The notes under the pieces were generated by a model. It was not told where the DNA came from. It saw only the letters and a program-made list of their open reading frames with translations, and searched no databases. A DNA stretch of 64,000 bases, taken from assembly GCA_963727505.1 (NCBI GenBank), contig CAVSGP010000009.1:1-64000 (forward strand), read 5' to 3'. A program made the translations under genes and the position numbers. The stretch comes from an uncultured Trueperaceae bacterium (GTDB lineage Bacteria; Deinococcota; Deinococci; Deinococcales; Trueperaceae). Shown here piece after piece: positions 1 to 9,792 of this stretch (position 1 is its first letter; each line of letters opens with the position of its first letter).

Positions 1-2351
1 CTCCACGCCCGCTTGTAGGGCCGCTCGCTGGTGAGGGCGTCGTAGACGTCGACGATGGCGAACATGCGCGCCTTCAGCGGGATGGCCTCACCGGCCAGCT
101 TGTCGGGATAGCCGGCTCCGTCCCAGCGTTCGTGGTGGCTACGGATGAGTTCGCGCGTAGTTGCGGGGAGGAACGGGATGTCGTGGCACATGGCCTCGCC
201 GATGAGGGTGTGGCGCTTGATCACTGTGAACTCTTCCTCGGTCAGGCGGCCGGGCTTGAGGAGGATGGTGTCGGGCATGGCGATCTTGCCGAGGTCGTGG
301 AGGTACGCGCCCCAGGTGATGGCCTGGAGTAGGTCGTTGTCGAGGCCGAGGGCGCGTGCGAAGCGCTGGCTCATCGCGACAACGCGGTCGGTGTGCCCTT
401 TGGTCTCGAGGTCGCGGTACTCGAGCGCGAGTCCGAGCGCGCGGAAGGTGGCCTCACGCGTGGCCTCGATCTCGCGAAGGTGCGTGACGCGCTCGGTGAT
501 GTCGCGGGTGTTGATGACCACCCCTCGCACCGCGGGCTCGTCGCGCAGGTCGTGGCCGATCGCTTCGAACCAGCGCCAAGTGCCGTCCTTGTGGCGGAAG
601 CGGTACCGCGGGATCGTGGCTGTGCCGTGGGTGTCGATGTCGCGCCGGAATTTTTCGCTGGCAGCGTGGTCGTCGGGATGGATGAGTCTGGCGAAGGGAG
701 TGCCGATGAGTTCGTGCGGTGCCCACCCGACGATGGCCTGGGCTCCGTCACTGATGTAGGTCAGGGAGCCTTGGTTGTTGCTGATGGCGATGACGTCGGT
801 GCTGCGCTCCACCAAGCGCCGGAAGCGTAGCTCGCTGGCGCCCAGAGCCCGCTGCGCGTTCCGCGCTTCGGACATGTCGCGGGCCACGACCAGGCGAGCT
901 TCGTGCCCTTCGAACGTGAGCGGGCTCTTGTCCAGCGCTGCGACGACGATCGTTCCGTCCTTGCGGCGGATGTTGATCTCACCGAAGCGCCGTGCCCGGG
1001 TCTTCGCGGTGGCTTCCACGGTGGCGAGGTAGGCCGCGCGGTCCTCATCGGGCACGAGCGCGGTGGTCGGCGTCTTCACGAGCTCGTCGCGGGTGTAGCC
1101 CAGCAGATCGAGGGCGGCGCCGTTCATCTCCAGGATCTCCAGGGTGTTCGCGTCGTGCACCCACATCGGCACCGGGTTGTCTGCGAACAAGCGGTGGAAG
1201 CTCTCCTGGCTCCTGGCCAGCTCCTGCTGTGCCGTCACGCGCTCGGTGACGTCGCGGCTGACCGTGACGATCTCGGTGATGGCGCCGGTCTCGTTGCGAA
1301 CGAGGGTGGCGTTCATCGCGAGCCAAACGTAGTGCCCGTCGGCGTGCCGGGTGCGGAACAGCGCGCTGGGGGACGCTGGTGTGCCCTTCGCGACGGCGCT
1401 GAGCTCGGCCTGGAGGCGCTCGCGGTCCTCGGGGTGGACGAACCGCCAGGGGTTCAGGTTGGCGTAGTCGTCCGGGTCGTACCCCAGGATGCGCTGAAGG
1501 GCGGGGCTGACGTAGAGCGGGTTGCCTTCCGGGTCGTGCCGCGCCACGATGTCGCTCGAGCGCTCCGCCAGCAGGCGGTAACGCCGTTCGCTCTCCTGCA
1601 GCACCTCTTGGGCTTGCACGCGTTCGTTGACGTCTTTGAGCACCAGGAGGACGTGGGTGGTGCGGTTGTGCTCGTCGCGCACCGGGGACAGACTCAGCGC
1701 AGCCCAGAAGGGGGCGCCGGTGGTTCGTTGGATGCGCGTCTGGAGTCTGACGTGCTCGCCGGCCGCGGCGACGCTCACGGCGCTGTCCAGGTCGTGCAGG
1801 TCCGTCCCCAAGGCGCCTACCCCGAGCGCTTCCAGACTCTCGAGGTCGTACCCGGTCAACGTCTGGAAGGCGTTGTTGACGTAACGGACGACGGGGCGGG
1901 GGGATGCGGCATCGAGTACCGCCAGGCCGGTCGGGATGCTGGTCACGATGCGCTCGCGCAGGCGCTGCGAGATCGCGTTGTACCGGTGGTCCTGACGGTG
2001 CCTGATGGGCACCGTGAAACCCGTGGGCGCGGGGTGCACCGCCACCGCCACGCAGTCGTCGACCGGCGCTGCGAACGCCTCGCCCAGGGGCACGTTGCGA
2101 CCCGTGCTCGCCGAGATCCGCAGGGCGTTCTCGGCGCGGGGTAGCGCCTCGACCAACGCATGGCCCTGCAGGCGCTCCAGGTGCGCGCCGAGGATCTGGC
2201 GCGCCCGTACGTCGGCGTCCAGGATGCGCCCTGCGGCATCGAGGAACAGCAGCCCGACGACTTCGAGGCCGCGGAACTCGGTTGGGTTCTGGATTCGCGA
2301 GGCGGTCGGCGCGCTGTTCCCACGACCATCTGTGGGGTTTGCGGGGCTCAT
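1..2351 (-). CDS. Multi-PAS sensor HD-GYP phosphodiesterase (3' end runs off the window)
   Basis: Not in the ORF track because its stop lies outside the window. Manual translation from ATG 2351 (GGGAGG upstream) gives PAS segments (YVNNAFQTLTGY, NPVPMWVHD) in frame with the HD-GYP motifs HDLGK, HHERWDGAGYP and DVYDALTSERPYK. Confidence 0.9.
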   Translation of the reverse strand, partial: MSPANPTDGRGNSAPTASRIQNPTEFRGLEVVGLLFLDAAGRILDADVRARQILGAHLERLQGHALVEALPRAENALRISASTGRNVPLGEAFAAPVDDCVAVAVHPAPTGFTVPIRHRQDHRYNAISQRLRERIVTSIPTGLAVLDAASPRPVVRYVNNAFQTLTGYDLESLEALGVGALGTDLHDLDSAVSVAAAGEHVRLQTRIQRTTGAPFWAALSLSPVRDEHNRTTHVLLVLKDVNERVQAQEVLQESERRYRLLAERSSDIVARHDPEGNPLYVSPALQRILGYDPDDYANLNPWRFVHPEDRERLQAELSAVAKGTPASPSALFRTRHADGHYVWLAMNATLVRNETGAITEIVTVSRDVTERVTAQQELARSQESFHRLFADNPVPMWVHDANTLEILEMNGAALDLLGYTRDELVKTPTTALVPDEDRAAYLATVEATAKTRARRFGEINIRRKDGTIVVAALDKSPLTFEGHEARLVVARDMSEARNAQRALGASELRFRRLVERSTDVIAISNNQGSLTYISDGAQAIVGWAPHELIGTPFARLIHPDDHAASEKFRRDIDTHGTATIPRYRFRHKDGTWRWFEAIGHDLRDEPAVRGVVINTRDITERVTHLREIEATREATFRALGLALEYRDLETKGHTDRVVAMSQRFARALGLDNDLLQAITWGAYLHDLGKIAMPDTILLKPGRLTEEEFTVIKRHTLIGEAMCHDIPFLPATTRELIRSHHERWDGAGYPDKLAGEAIPLKARMFAIVDVYDALTSERPYKRAW

Positions 2352-2867
2352 CGGTGGGTACCTCCCCCCGACAGATCGGTACTGGCGCCACCCTAGGGGG
2401 GACAGATTAGGGTCTCGTGAGAATCCCGTAAACGGATAGCCTGGCGGCGCTGCGGTGAGGTGGGTTCAGTGGAATGCCTCCAATGTGTAGGGAGCGGGCC
2501 TCGAACTGTGCGGCGCCGCGTGGTGGGAGGCCATGGCGTTCATGGGCAGAGCGCAACTGCGCAAGATGGATCGCGGGTTCGAGTCTCGCGCTGGGTCGTC
2601 TCCCTGGACGGAGCCTTGGGGGTGGAGCCTCCTTGTCAGGCCTGAATCGGTTGACTTGGGAAGCAACGATCGAGGGGAGAGGTGCCCAAGGGTTGTAGCC
2701 GACTCCAGGCATGGTGTCGAGCGATGAGTGCGCGGCGAGCCTGCTTCGGGCTCGCCGCGCGTGGATGGGTTCGGGTCGGGCCCCGGTGGCGAGGTGGGCG
2801 CGATGCGAAGGGTTCGTTGGTTAGAGGGCGATGCGCTCGAACCGGACCCGTTGGTTGCTTGCTGGGC

Positions 2868-3356
2868 TCAGCGCTGCTTGACGGGAAGGAGCGGGCATTG
2901 GAAGTAGGGGTAGGCGCCGCTCGGGTCGCCCTGCGTGATCGTGAGGTGGCCCAGAGCCTGTTGCTGCATGACGTCGTCGTACGAGGTCAGGACGGGTACG
3001 GTGCCGAGCTCCGCGAAGGCTGCCGGCGTCCACTGGGCGGTGTAGGCGGACCAGCGGCCGCCGTTGTAGAGAGGGTTTCGTGGACCGGCCTCGGAGACGG
3101 GGAGCTGTCCTGCGGGATTGTTGCTGTTGGTGATCTTGAACAGCTTGTCGAAGGACTGCTCGTTGCTGTCGTTGGGCGCGGGCAGCGTCGAGTTGCCCTT
3201 GGTGCCCCATTCCTCGCCGTCGGCGTAGATCCTGGGCATGAAGGCGGGTGCGTTCTGCGGCTGGAGCGTGACGTCGTCGAGTTGTGTCCCGCAGGCGGCT
3301 AGGCCGATCGCGACCGCAAGGATCGCGGCGACCATCGAAAAGGGGAGTCTCCTCAT
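2868..3356 (-). CDS. Hypothetical lipoprotein (162 aa)
   Basis: GGAGG SD before ATG 3356; signal peptide with lipobox LAA-C; soluble mature domain (YNGGRW... YFQCPLL). Confidence 0.75.
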   Translation of the reverse strand: MRRLPFSMVAAILAVAIGLAACGTQLDDVTLQPQNAPAFMPRIYADGEEWGTKGNSTLPAPNDSNEQSFDKLFKITNSNNPAGQLPVSEAGPRNPLYNGGRWSAYTAQWTPAAFAELGTVPVLTSYDDVMQQQALGHLTITQGDPSGAYPYFQCPLLPVKQR

Positions 3357-3928
3357 GATGTGCAACCTCCTCAGGTGTCTCGGCCGACCGTGCGGTTCGG
3401 CGAGGCGGTCAAGGTGTTGGGATCCCATCCGCAACGTAGCTTTCGGATGTCCCGAGAGGTTCCCTCGAAGTCTCGAGGAGGTCACGTCCTAGCGCGTCGG
3501 CACAATCTAGTTCGGGCGCGATGTCCACGACTCGGGGCAGCGCTTCTGTCGGTCCGGGACTTGTCAGGATCGAACGGGACTTCTGGGTTGTGGACGCAGA
3601 GAAGGGTCGGCTGGAGCGGGCCCGTGAACGGTTCGCCCTGGGTGAGGTCCCTGGACGTCGCTGAGGGTCTCGGAGGCCCAACGCTGCTCGAATCGGAATC
3701 CATCCGGTACCTGCTTCTGCCAGTGCAGGACGCGTGAGAAGACGGTCTACGCCAGGGCCAGTTCGTCGGTTCCATTCAGACGTTCGCCTGGCTCCTACGG
3801 TGCGGCGTGCAGCAACTCCGTGCCCCCTCTCCCTACCTGGCGCCTGCAACGCTTTGAAACGAGAGAATAGTCGTCTGAGCGCTCGCGCGTTTGCGTTGGG
3901 AGTTGACGGTTCGATGCCAAAGCCGAAA

Positions 3929-4014
3929 GAATGGTCGCAATAACGCTGTGCTGCACGTAAAAACTAGTTAATCGGCACTACCGCTGGTAGAGCGCTCATT
4001 CTTCGTCAGGTGAT
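3929..4014 (+). repeat. Imperfect direct repeat, copy 1 (~85 bp)
   Basis: acgctgtgctgcacgtaaaaactagttaatcggcactaccgctggtagagcgctcattcttc aligns with copy 2 at 4949-5034, 1020 bp downstream. Confidence 0.85.
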
Positions 4015-4175
4015 CGATTGGTCGCCCTGGTTGGTGTCCCTTGGTGGTGCCTCCAGTCAGATGAGGAGCGGTGGGAATCCAGGCGGTGCCACGAATGATG
4101 GCCGTTCTTGGCTGGCGATTACGTTCGCGAGTACGTTCGTGTCAGTCCCGGTCGGTCGGCTCACCACGGGGTCCG

Positions 4176-4184
4176 TGCTACACT
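4176..4184 (+). promoter_or_regulatory. Extended -10 (TGcTACACT) 6 nt before GTG 4191; leaderless promoter
   Basis: TGnTANNNT followed by a 6-nt spacer and the start codon; no SD. Confidence 0.6.
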
Positions 4185-4190
4185 GAACCT

Positions 4191-4445
4191 GTGGCGAACG
4201 TGACGCTTTCCATCGACGAGAATTTGTTGCGGCGGGCGCGCATTCGCGCGCTTGAGCGCGGCACCACGGTGAACGCGGTCGTGCGAGAGTTCCTCGAGAG
4301 CTACACCTCTGAAGAGGAGCGACGCGGGGCCCGCCGCCGTCTCGTCGAACACGCACGCGCGAGCGTTGCCGGCGCCGAGGGGGGCGGTCGCGACTGGACG
4401 CGCGAGGAGCTGTACGAGGGGCGCGTTCGTTGGCCTCGTTCCTAG
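4191..4445 (+). CDS. Ribbon-helix-helix antitoxin (DUF6364/CopG-like)
   Basis: ANVTLSIDENLLRRARIRALERGTTVNAVVREFL and C-terminal WTREELY; overlaps the PIN gene. Confidence 0.8.
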   Translation: MANVTLSIDENLLRRARIRALERGTTVNAVVREFLESYTSEEERRGARRRLVEHARASVAGAEGGGRDWTREELYEGRVRWPRS

Positions 4446-4846
4446 ACACCAACGTCCTCGTATACGCTGTGGACGCGTCCGAGCAGCGCAAGCGGGCGGC
4501 GGCTCTGGGCATTCTCGAGAGCGAGGCGCAGCATCTGGTCGTGAGCGCCCAGGTGCTCGAGGAGTTCTACTGGACGGCGACCCGGAAGCTGCGGCCGCCC
4601 CTGCCCGCGGACGAGGCTCACGCCATGGTGCGCGAGCTGGCCCGCGCGGCCGACGTCGTCGCGGTCGACGCGAGCCTGGTCGAAGAGGCCATCGACCTCG
4701 CCCGCCGGACCCCCCTGGCGCTCTGGGACGCTGCCATCGTGATCGCCGCCAAACGCGGCGGTTGCCGCGAGCTGCTCACGGAGGACTTGAACGACGGTCA
4801 GGAGATCGAAGGCGTGCTGGTGCGTAATCCGTTCGTGGAGTCCTGA
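4430..4846 (+). CDS. vapC: PIN-domain (VapC-like) toxin
   Basis: FLDTNVLVY, QVLEEF, LWDAAI and LLTEDL supply the acidic PIN tetrad. Confidence 0.9.
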   Translation: MASFLDTNVLVYAVDASEQRKRAAALGILESEAQHLVVSAQVLEEFYWTATRKLRPPLPADEAHAMVRELARAADVVAVDASLVEEAIDLARRTPLALWDAAIVIAAKRGGCRELLTEDLNDGQEIEGVLVRNPFVES

Positions 4847-4948
4847 CGTTGGCGGCCCCGACCTTCGAGGCGGCGCGCGAGCGCCGGAGGCCGGTGCGAG
4901 TTCCCACGATTCTTGTTGGGATGGGATGGCCCAACGCCATGGGCGGAT

Positions 4949-5034
4949 GAATGTTCGCGGAGACGCTGCGCTGGCCGCAAAAACTAGGCAATCGACACTA
5001 CCGCTGGTGAGCGATGATTCTTCTGCAGGTAGTC
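4949..5034 (+). repeat. Imperfect direct repeat, copy 2 (~85 bp)
   Basis: acgctgcgctggccgcaaaaactaggcaatcgacactaccgctggtgagcgatgattcttc; ~80% identical by eye to copy 1 over the core. Confidence 0.85.
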
Positions 5035-5170
5035 AAAGGCTTGGTGAGTCGCCTCATCACCGGCGGCGAGCTCGTGGTTCTGGCGCGGCATGGTGGTTTC
5101 GTGCGCAGCCTGCGTTCACACCTCCGGTGAGAACGGAGCCTCCTTCGAACCGAGTACGGTTCACCCATCC

Positions 5171-5557
5171 TCACACGTCGTTCGTCAACCCGGCCCTTAC
5201 GTCGCGGTGGTCCGCGTCGGTCGGGGGCGGGCTCACGACTTGGTAGGCGGTCATGAGGGTTCTGGCTGTGATCCCGCGCGATTGCCCGGCGGGGACGAAG
5301 GCCATCGCGCCCGGCTTCAAGGAGATTGCGTCTCCCTCCGATGTGAGTGTGCCTTCCCCCTCGAGCACAAGGATCGCAAGGTCGATGCCGGGTGCGTGTA
5401 CAGGGATCCGCTGTCCGGGGTGGAAGCACACCAGCAGTGCTTTCAAGTGGGCGCCTTGCGCCAGGGGGACGGGAGTGAACGCATCGGGGCGGCATTGTTT
5501 TGCATCGAGGACGTTCTCGAACGATGCTACCTGGGAGTCTTCCTTTACGGCGGTCAT
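5171..5557 (-). CDS. Cupin-domain protein
   Basis: FHPGQRIPVH...VLEGEG...LKPGAMAFVPAG cupin motifs. Confidence 0.8.
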   Translation of the reverse strand: MTAVKEDSQVASFENVLDAKQCRPDAFTPVPLAQGAHLKALLVCFHPGQRIPVHAPGIDLAILVLEGEGTLTSEGDAISLKPGAMAFVPAGQSRGITARTLMTAYQVVSPPPTDADHRDVRAGLTNDV

Positions 5558-5766
5558 CCTGGTGGAATACCGCAGCCTTGGCCGGTCCGGCCATGACCTG
5601 GGTCAAGCGAGGGGACCGTTCGAGGGTGGTTCGCATCCAGACCCACTCCAACCAGTGTGCGTTCATAGGTCGACACGGTCGTTGGGTCGCGCGTGGTTCC
5701 GCGCGGTCCGGTTGAGACGCCCCACGGCCGCGTGCTTGACGAAGCCGGATGATCTGGCGTATCGTC

Positions 5767-5794
5767 CACTCGTTGAGGAAACACTCAACGAGTG
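5767..5794. promoter_or_regulatory. Inverted repeat upstream of tetR; candidate operator
   Basis: CACTCGTTGAG-gaaaca-CTCAACGAGTG, perfect 11-bp arms, just before the TetR start. Confidence 0.55.
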
Positions 5795-5802
5795 AGGTTA
5801 CC

Positions 5803-6492
5803 GTGCCGACATCGACCAAAGACTCGACCCTGCATCCGCCCTCGCGTCGCGAGCGGGCTGAGGCCCGGCGTCAGCAGATCGTGGACTCGGCGCTGCGGCT
5901 CTTCGCGCTCCAGGGTTACGCAGCTACGACGACCAAGAGCATCGCGGAGGACGTCGGCGTGACCGAGGGGCTGATCTTTCACTACTTCCCGTCCAAGGCG
6001 GATCTGCTCCGAGCCGCCACGGGCCAGAGCCGAACCTTCGTCGGGGAGGTCCATGCCCTGCTTTCCGGGGCGGAGGAGCGGCCCGCACGAGAGGTTCTCG
6101 GAGAGATCGTTCTCGGATGGATCGAGGCCATGAGGCACCAGGAGAGCCTCGTGACGATGCTGCTGGTGGAATCCCAGTCCAACGAGGAGCTCGGTCAGGC
6201 GTTCCGGGGCGTAGTCGGCGAGCTGGTGGAGGCCATGGCGGCTTACCTCCGCGGGCGCGTCGCGGCGGGGGAGCTCCGGTCAGACCTGCCCACCGGCACG
6301 AGCGCGATGCTCTTCTTCTCCTCCCTGATGATGTTCTTCCTCACGAATCGCCACCTGGAGCCGGAGCCCTGGCGCCGGCATGCCGTTTCGTTCACCGCGG
6401 AGATGCTCGACACCTGGTTCCGGGGCGCTCTCGCCTCCGGGGCTCCCGGCAAGGTACCGCCGCTCGCGTTCGACCCTGGGGGAGGTGGATAG
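5803..6492 (+). CDS. TetR/AcrR family transcriptional regulator
   Basis: RRQQIVDSALRLFALQGYAATTTKSIAEDVGVTEGLIFHYFPSKADL HTH; GTG start chosen (start uncertain). Confidence 0.92.
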   Translation: MPTSTKDSTLHPPSRRERAEARRQQIVDSALRLFALQGYAATTTKSIAEDVGVTEGLIFHYFPSKADLLRAATGQSRTFVGEVHALLSGAEERPAREVLGEIVLGWIEAMRHQESLVTMLLVESQSNEELGQAFRGVVGELVEAMAAYLRGRVAAGELRSDLPTGTSAMLFFSSLMMFFLTNRHLEPEPWRRHAVSFTAEMLDTWFRGALASGAPGKVPPLAFDPGGGG

Positions 6493-6583
6493 TACCCCGG
6501 TCATTCCCCTGTGGGTTCCGGGTCCTTGCGCCGGACGCCCGGCGGGGGGCTTCCTTCTGGCCGCCTATGTTCGTCGAAGAAAT

Positions 6584-6601
6584 TGAGTAAGTACACACTC
6601 A
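6584..6601. promoter_or_regulatory. TGAGT-N8-ACTCA palindrome upstream of the RND operon; candidate TetR operator
   Basis: tgagtaagtacacactca lies in an AT-rich patch and shares TGAG...CTCA half-sites with the 5767 repeat. Confidence 0.5.
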
Positions 6602-6682
6602 GCCCCTCACCACTCTCGTTGCCGGAGATGCCATGACCCGATCGAACGACCACGAATCGCCGCCGCCGAGGAGGGCCCGAAC

Positions 6683-8935
6683 TTGAGGCGCCTCGCCGAC
6701 CTGGCCGCGAACCACGCCCCCCTCGTCATCGTCGTGTTCCTGCTGTTGACGATCGCGCTGGCCGTGAGCGCCAGCCACACCCAGACGGACAACGCCACCG
6801 ATGCGCTCTATCCCGATCACTCTTCTGTGGCCGACCTCACGCGGAGGATCGGCGATACGTTCGGTCAGCAGGGGCGGCTGCTCATCGTGGTCGACGGAGA
6901 CATCTACACGTCTGGCGCGCTCGAGGACATCCGCAAGTTGACCCACGAGTTGGAGCTCATCCCAGGGGTCACGAGGGTCACGTCGGTGGCGACGGCGAAG
7001 CGCCTGGCCGACGACGGCGGCTTCCTCTCCGTGACGGACTTGGTGCCCCGGTCGTCGTCCAAGCCCAGGGACCTTCAGGCGATCCGGGACTACCTGCAGA
7101 CCTCGCCCATGTACCGAAACGTCGCGCTCGTGAGCAAGGACGGCCGCGAGGCGAGCCTCGTCGTCGAGTACCGGGACGGCATCGACGCGGCGGCCTTCGC
7201 AAGGGCGGTCGACCGCACGGTCGGCGGGGAATGGCCGGCCTCGTACGCGCTCGCCGGCCAGGCGTACACCAGCATGGAGCTGCAGGCCATCATCCGTCGC
7301 GACCTGCCGGTCCTGGCGGCCATCGCCATCGTCCTCATCGTGCTGATGCTGTTCCTCAACTTCCGGACGCTGCACGGCACGCTCCTGCCCTTCGCGCAGA
7401 TCGTCGTCGGCGTCCTTTGGGGCATGGGCCTGTACCACCTCCTCGGCGGCAAGCTCATGGCGCTCACGGTCATCGGCCCGATCGCCGTCATGGCCGTGGG
7501 GAGCTCGTTCTCCCTGCACTTGCTGGGGCGCTACTACTACGAGCTGTCGCGCGGTGCGGAGAAGCGCGTGGCCGTTCGCCGGATGCTCTCGGAGACCGGG
7601 CTGGGCGTCCTCGTCTCGGGGCTCGCCATCTCCGCGGCCATGAGCACGTTCGTGCTGTCGGATCTGGCCATGGTTCGCGGTGTCGGTCTGATCGCCGCCC
7701 TGGGTGTCCTCTCCGTCCTGCTGGCCTCCCTGGTGCTGCTGCCGGCGCTGCTCAGCGTCCTGCCCTCCCCGAAGCGCGTGGACGATCCCGAGCGTCCCGG
7801 TCCCCTCGGAGCGGGCCTGAAGTCCGTGGCCGCGTTCGTGACGCATCGGCACTGGTGGATCGTGGCGGGTACCGCGCTTCTGCTGGTGGTGAGCCTCTGG
7901 GGAGCCACGCGGATCGAGGCCAACACCTCCGTCCTGGCGTTCTTCCCCAAGAACGGTCCGACACGCACGAGCGTCGCTGCGGTCGAGAAGGTGCTGGGCG
8001 GCTCGTCCTCGATTACGGCCTGGATCCAAGGCGACATCGGGGACCCGAAGGTGCTCCAGGCCATGGAGCGCTTCCAGAAGGCGGGTGCCGCGTTGCCGGG
8101 TGTGGGCAGCAGCCAGTCGATCGCCGACATCATGCGTGCGTTGAACGTCACGCTCGCCGGTCGGAACGCCCTGCCGTCGACCCGCCAGGCCGTCGCGCAG
8201 GAGCTGCTGCTCTACCAGTCGTCCGGCGACCCCAAGGACCTCAGCCGGTTCATGACGCTCGACGGTCGGCAGGCGATCGTCACCTTCATCACGCGCTCCA
8301 TGTCGACCGGCGAGTCGGCCCGCCTGGAACGCCAGCTCGCCGGACTGGCGAAGACAAGCTTCGGCGGCCTCGCCCGGGTTCGATTCGTTGGGGAACCGCT
8401 CATGGAGCGCGACATCGAGCGCGCCATGGGGCACGACTTCCGGATCAGCCTCACGTTGGCCATAGCGCTGGTGCTCCTGATCGACGGCCTCGTGCGTTCG
8501 GTGCGTGCCGCCTTGGTGACCATCCTCGCGCTCGTGTCCACGGTGGCGCTGCAGTACGGCCTCCTCGGTTGGCTGGGCATCCCCCTCAACCTTGCGACCA
8601 TGCTGATGGGAGCGCTCGCGATCGGGGTCGGAGACTACGCCATCCACCTGACGGTGCGCTACATGGAGGAGCGTCGTCGGGGCGCGGATCCAGAGACCGC
8701 CATCGAACACGCCCTGTTCACATCGGGCCGCCAGATCGTCTTCACGGCCCTGACGCTCGGCGCCGGCTTCGGCGCCCTCATCTTCGCCGATTTCGTGCCC
8801 GTCTCGACGCTCGGGGCGCTCATGGTCGTGACCGTGGCGCTCGTGGGCCTGTCGACCCTGACCCTGCTGCCCGCGGTGACCCTTGTCGCGTTCCGCAACC
8901 CACACGCGCGTCTGCGGCCTGCATCGGAGGACTGA
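6683..8935 (+). CDS. MMPL/RND family transporter
   Basis: 750 aa with two repeats of TM-periplasmic loop-5TM; GIGVDY-like IGVGDYAIHL; GAGGAGG SD before TTG. Confidence 0.9.
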   Translation: MRRLADLAANHAPLVIVVFLLLTIALAVSASHTQTDNATDALYPDHSSVADLTRRIGDTFGQQGRLLIVVDGDIYTSGALEDIRKLTHELELIPGVTRVTSVATAKRLADDGGFLSVTDLVPRSSSKPRDLQAIRDYLQTSPMYRNVALVSKDGREASLVVEYRDGIDAAAFARAVDRTVGGEWPASYALAGQAYTSMELQAIIRRDLPVLAAIAIVLIVLMLFLNFRTLHGTLLPFAQIVVGVLWGMGLYHLLGGKLMALTVIGPIAVMAVGSSFSLHLLGRYYYELSRGAEKRVAVRRMLSETGLGVLVSGLAISAAMSTFVLSDLAMVRGVGLIAALGVLSVLLASLVLLPALLSVLPSPKRVDDPERPGPLGAGLKSVAAFVTHRHWWIVAGTALLLVVSLWGATRIEANTSVLAFFPKNGPTRTSVAAVEKVLGGSSSITAWIQGDIGDPKVLQAMERFQKAGAALPGVGSSQSIADIMRALNVTLAGRNALPSTRQAVAQELLLYQSSGDPKDLSRFMTLDGRQAIVTFITRSMSTGESARLERQLAGLAKTSFGGLARVRFVGEPLMERDIERAMGHDFRISLTLAIALVLLIDGLVRSVRAALVTILALVSTVALQYGLLGWLGIPLNLATMLMGALAIGVGDYAIHLTVRYMEERRRGADPETAIEHALFTSGRQIVFTALTLGAGFGALIFADFVPVSTLGALMVVTVALVGLSTLTLLPAVTLVAFRNPHARLRPASED

Positions 8936-8939
8936 AGCC

Positions 8940-9791
8940 ATGACTGAACGATCCCTCGCCACTCGTCGTTGGCACGTCCCGACCGCCCCCGGGGCACCGC
9001 ACTCGAAGGCCGCGGCCTCGCTCCGCGGCCTTCCGATACGCGCCCTGGTCGGCGCTGTGGCCCTGCTCGTCCTTTGCGCCGCCGGCACCGTGTCGGCCCA
9101 GGCCTACGCGACAGCAGCCGAGGTCATGCGCGCGGTCGATCAACGGCCCACGCCGGCCACCGTGGAGTCGACCCTCACCATGACCATCACCGCGGGTGGA
9201 GGCCAGAGCCTGAGCAGGACCATGAGCATGTGGTCCGCGGGCGACGACCGCCTCATCAAGTTCACGGCTCCCGCCAACATCGCTGGCTCCGGCTTCCTCA
9301 TCATCAAGCATGCCGACGGGAGCGACGGGACGATGGTGTACCTGCCCGCGCTCGGCCGCGTGCGCAGGATCGCCGCCGGGCAGCAGAGCGACTCCTTCTT
9401 CGGCTCCGACTTCTCCTACGAGGACATCACCGGAATCACCTTCAACGACTACGCATGGAAGCTGGAATCGATCGGCGCCGGCCCTTCGTACGTGGTGCGC
9501 GGCGAACGCAGGCCCGGCGCCGGGTCGAGCTACCCCGAGCTGGTCGTCCATGTCCCCGAGAGCACGCTCATCCCGACGCGCATCGAGTACGACCGTGACG
9601 GCGAGGTCGTCAAGGTTCTCACCGTCTCCGACGTGCGCGCGGCTGGCGACTACCTCATTGCGGGCAAGCGACGCATGGAGAGTTTGAGCTCCGGGAACGT
9701 CGACAGCTTCACGGTCATCGAGCAGACCGATGTCAAGGTCGACACGACCATCCCGCCCGAGGTCTTCAGCGAACGCTTCCTTAGGCGCTGA
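8940..9791 (+). CDS. Outer-membrane lipoprotein-sorting (LolA-like) protein
   Basis: Signal peptide; FTAPANIAGSGFL, YLPALGRVRRI, SFFGSDFSYED and C-terminal FSERFL are typical of this family. Confidence 0.85.
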   Translation: MTERSLATRRWHVPTAPGAPHSKAAASLRGLPIRALVGAVALLVLCAAGTVSAQAYATAAEVMRAVDQRPTPATVESTLTMTITAGGGQSLSRTMSMWSAGDDRLIKFTAPANIAGSGFLIIKHADGSDGTMVYLPALGRVRRIAAGQQSDSFFGSDFSYEDITGITFNDYAWKLESIGAGPSYVVRGERRPGAGSSYPELVVHVPESTLIPTRIEYDRDGEVVKVLTVSDVRAAGDYLIAGKRRMESLSSGNVDSFTVIEQTDVKVDTTIPPEVFSERFLRR

Positions 9792-9792
9792 C

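Noticed and set aside
3943..5010. Direct repeats as dif/pdif or integron attC sites
   Set aside because: The TAA/TTA XerC/D arms are not conserved between copies, and there is no RYYYAAC...GTTRRRY palindromic structure.
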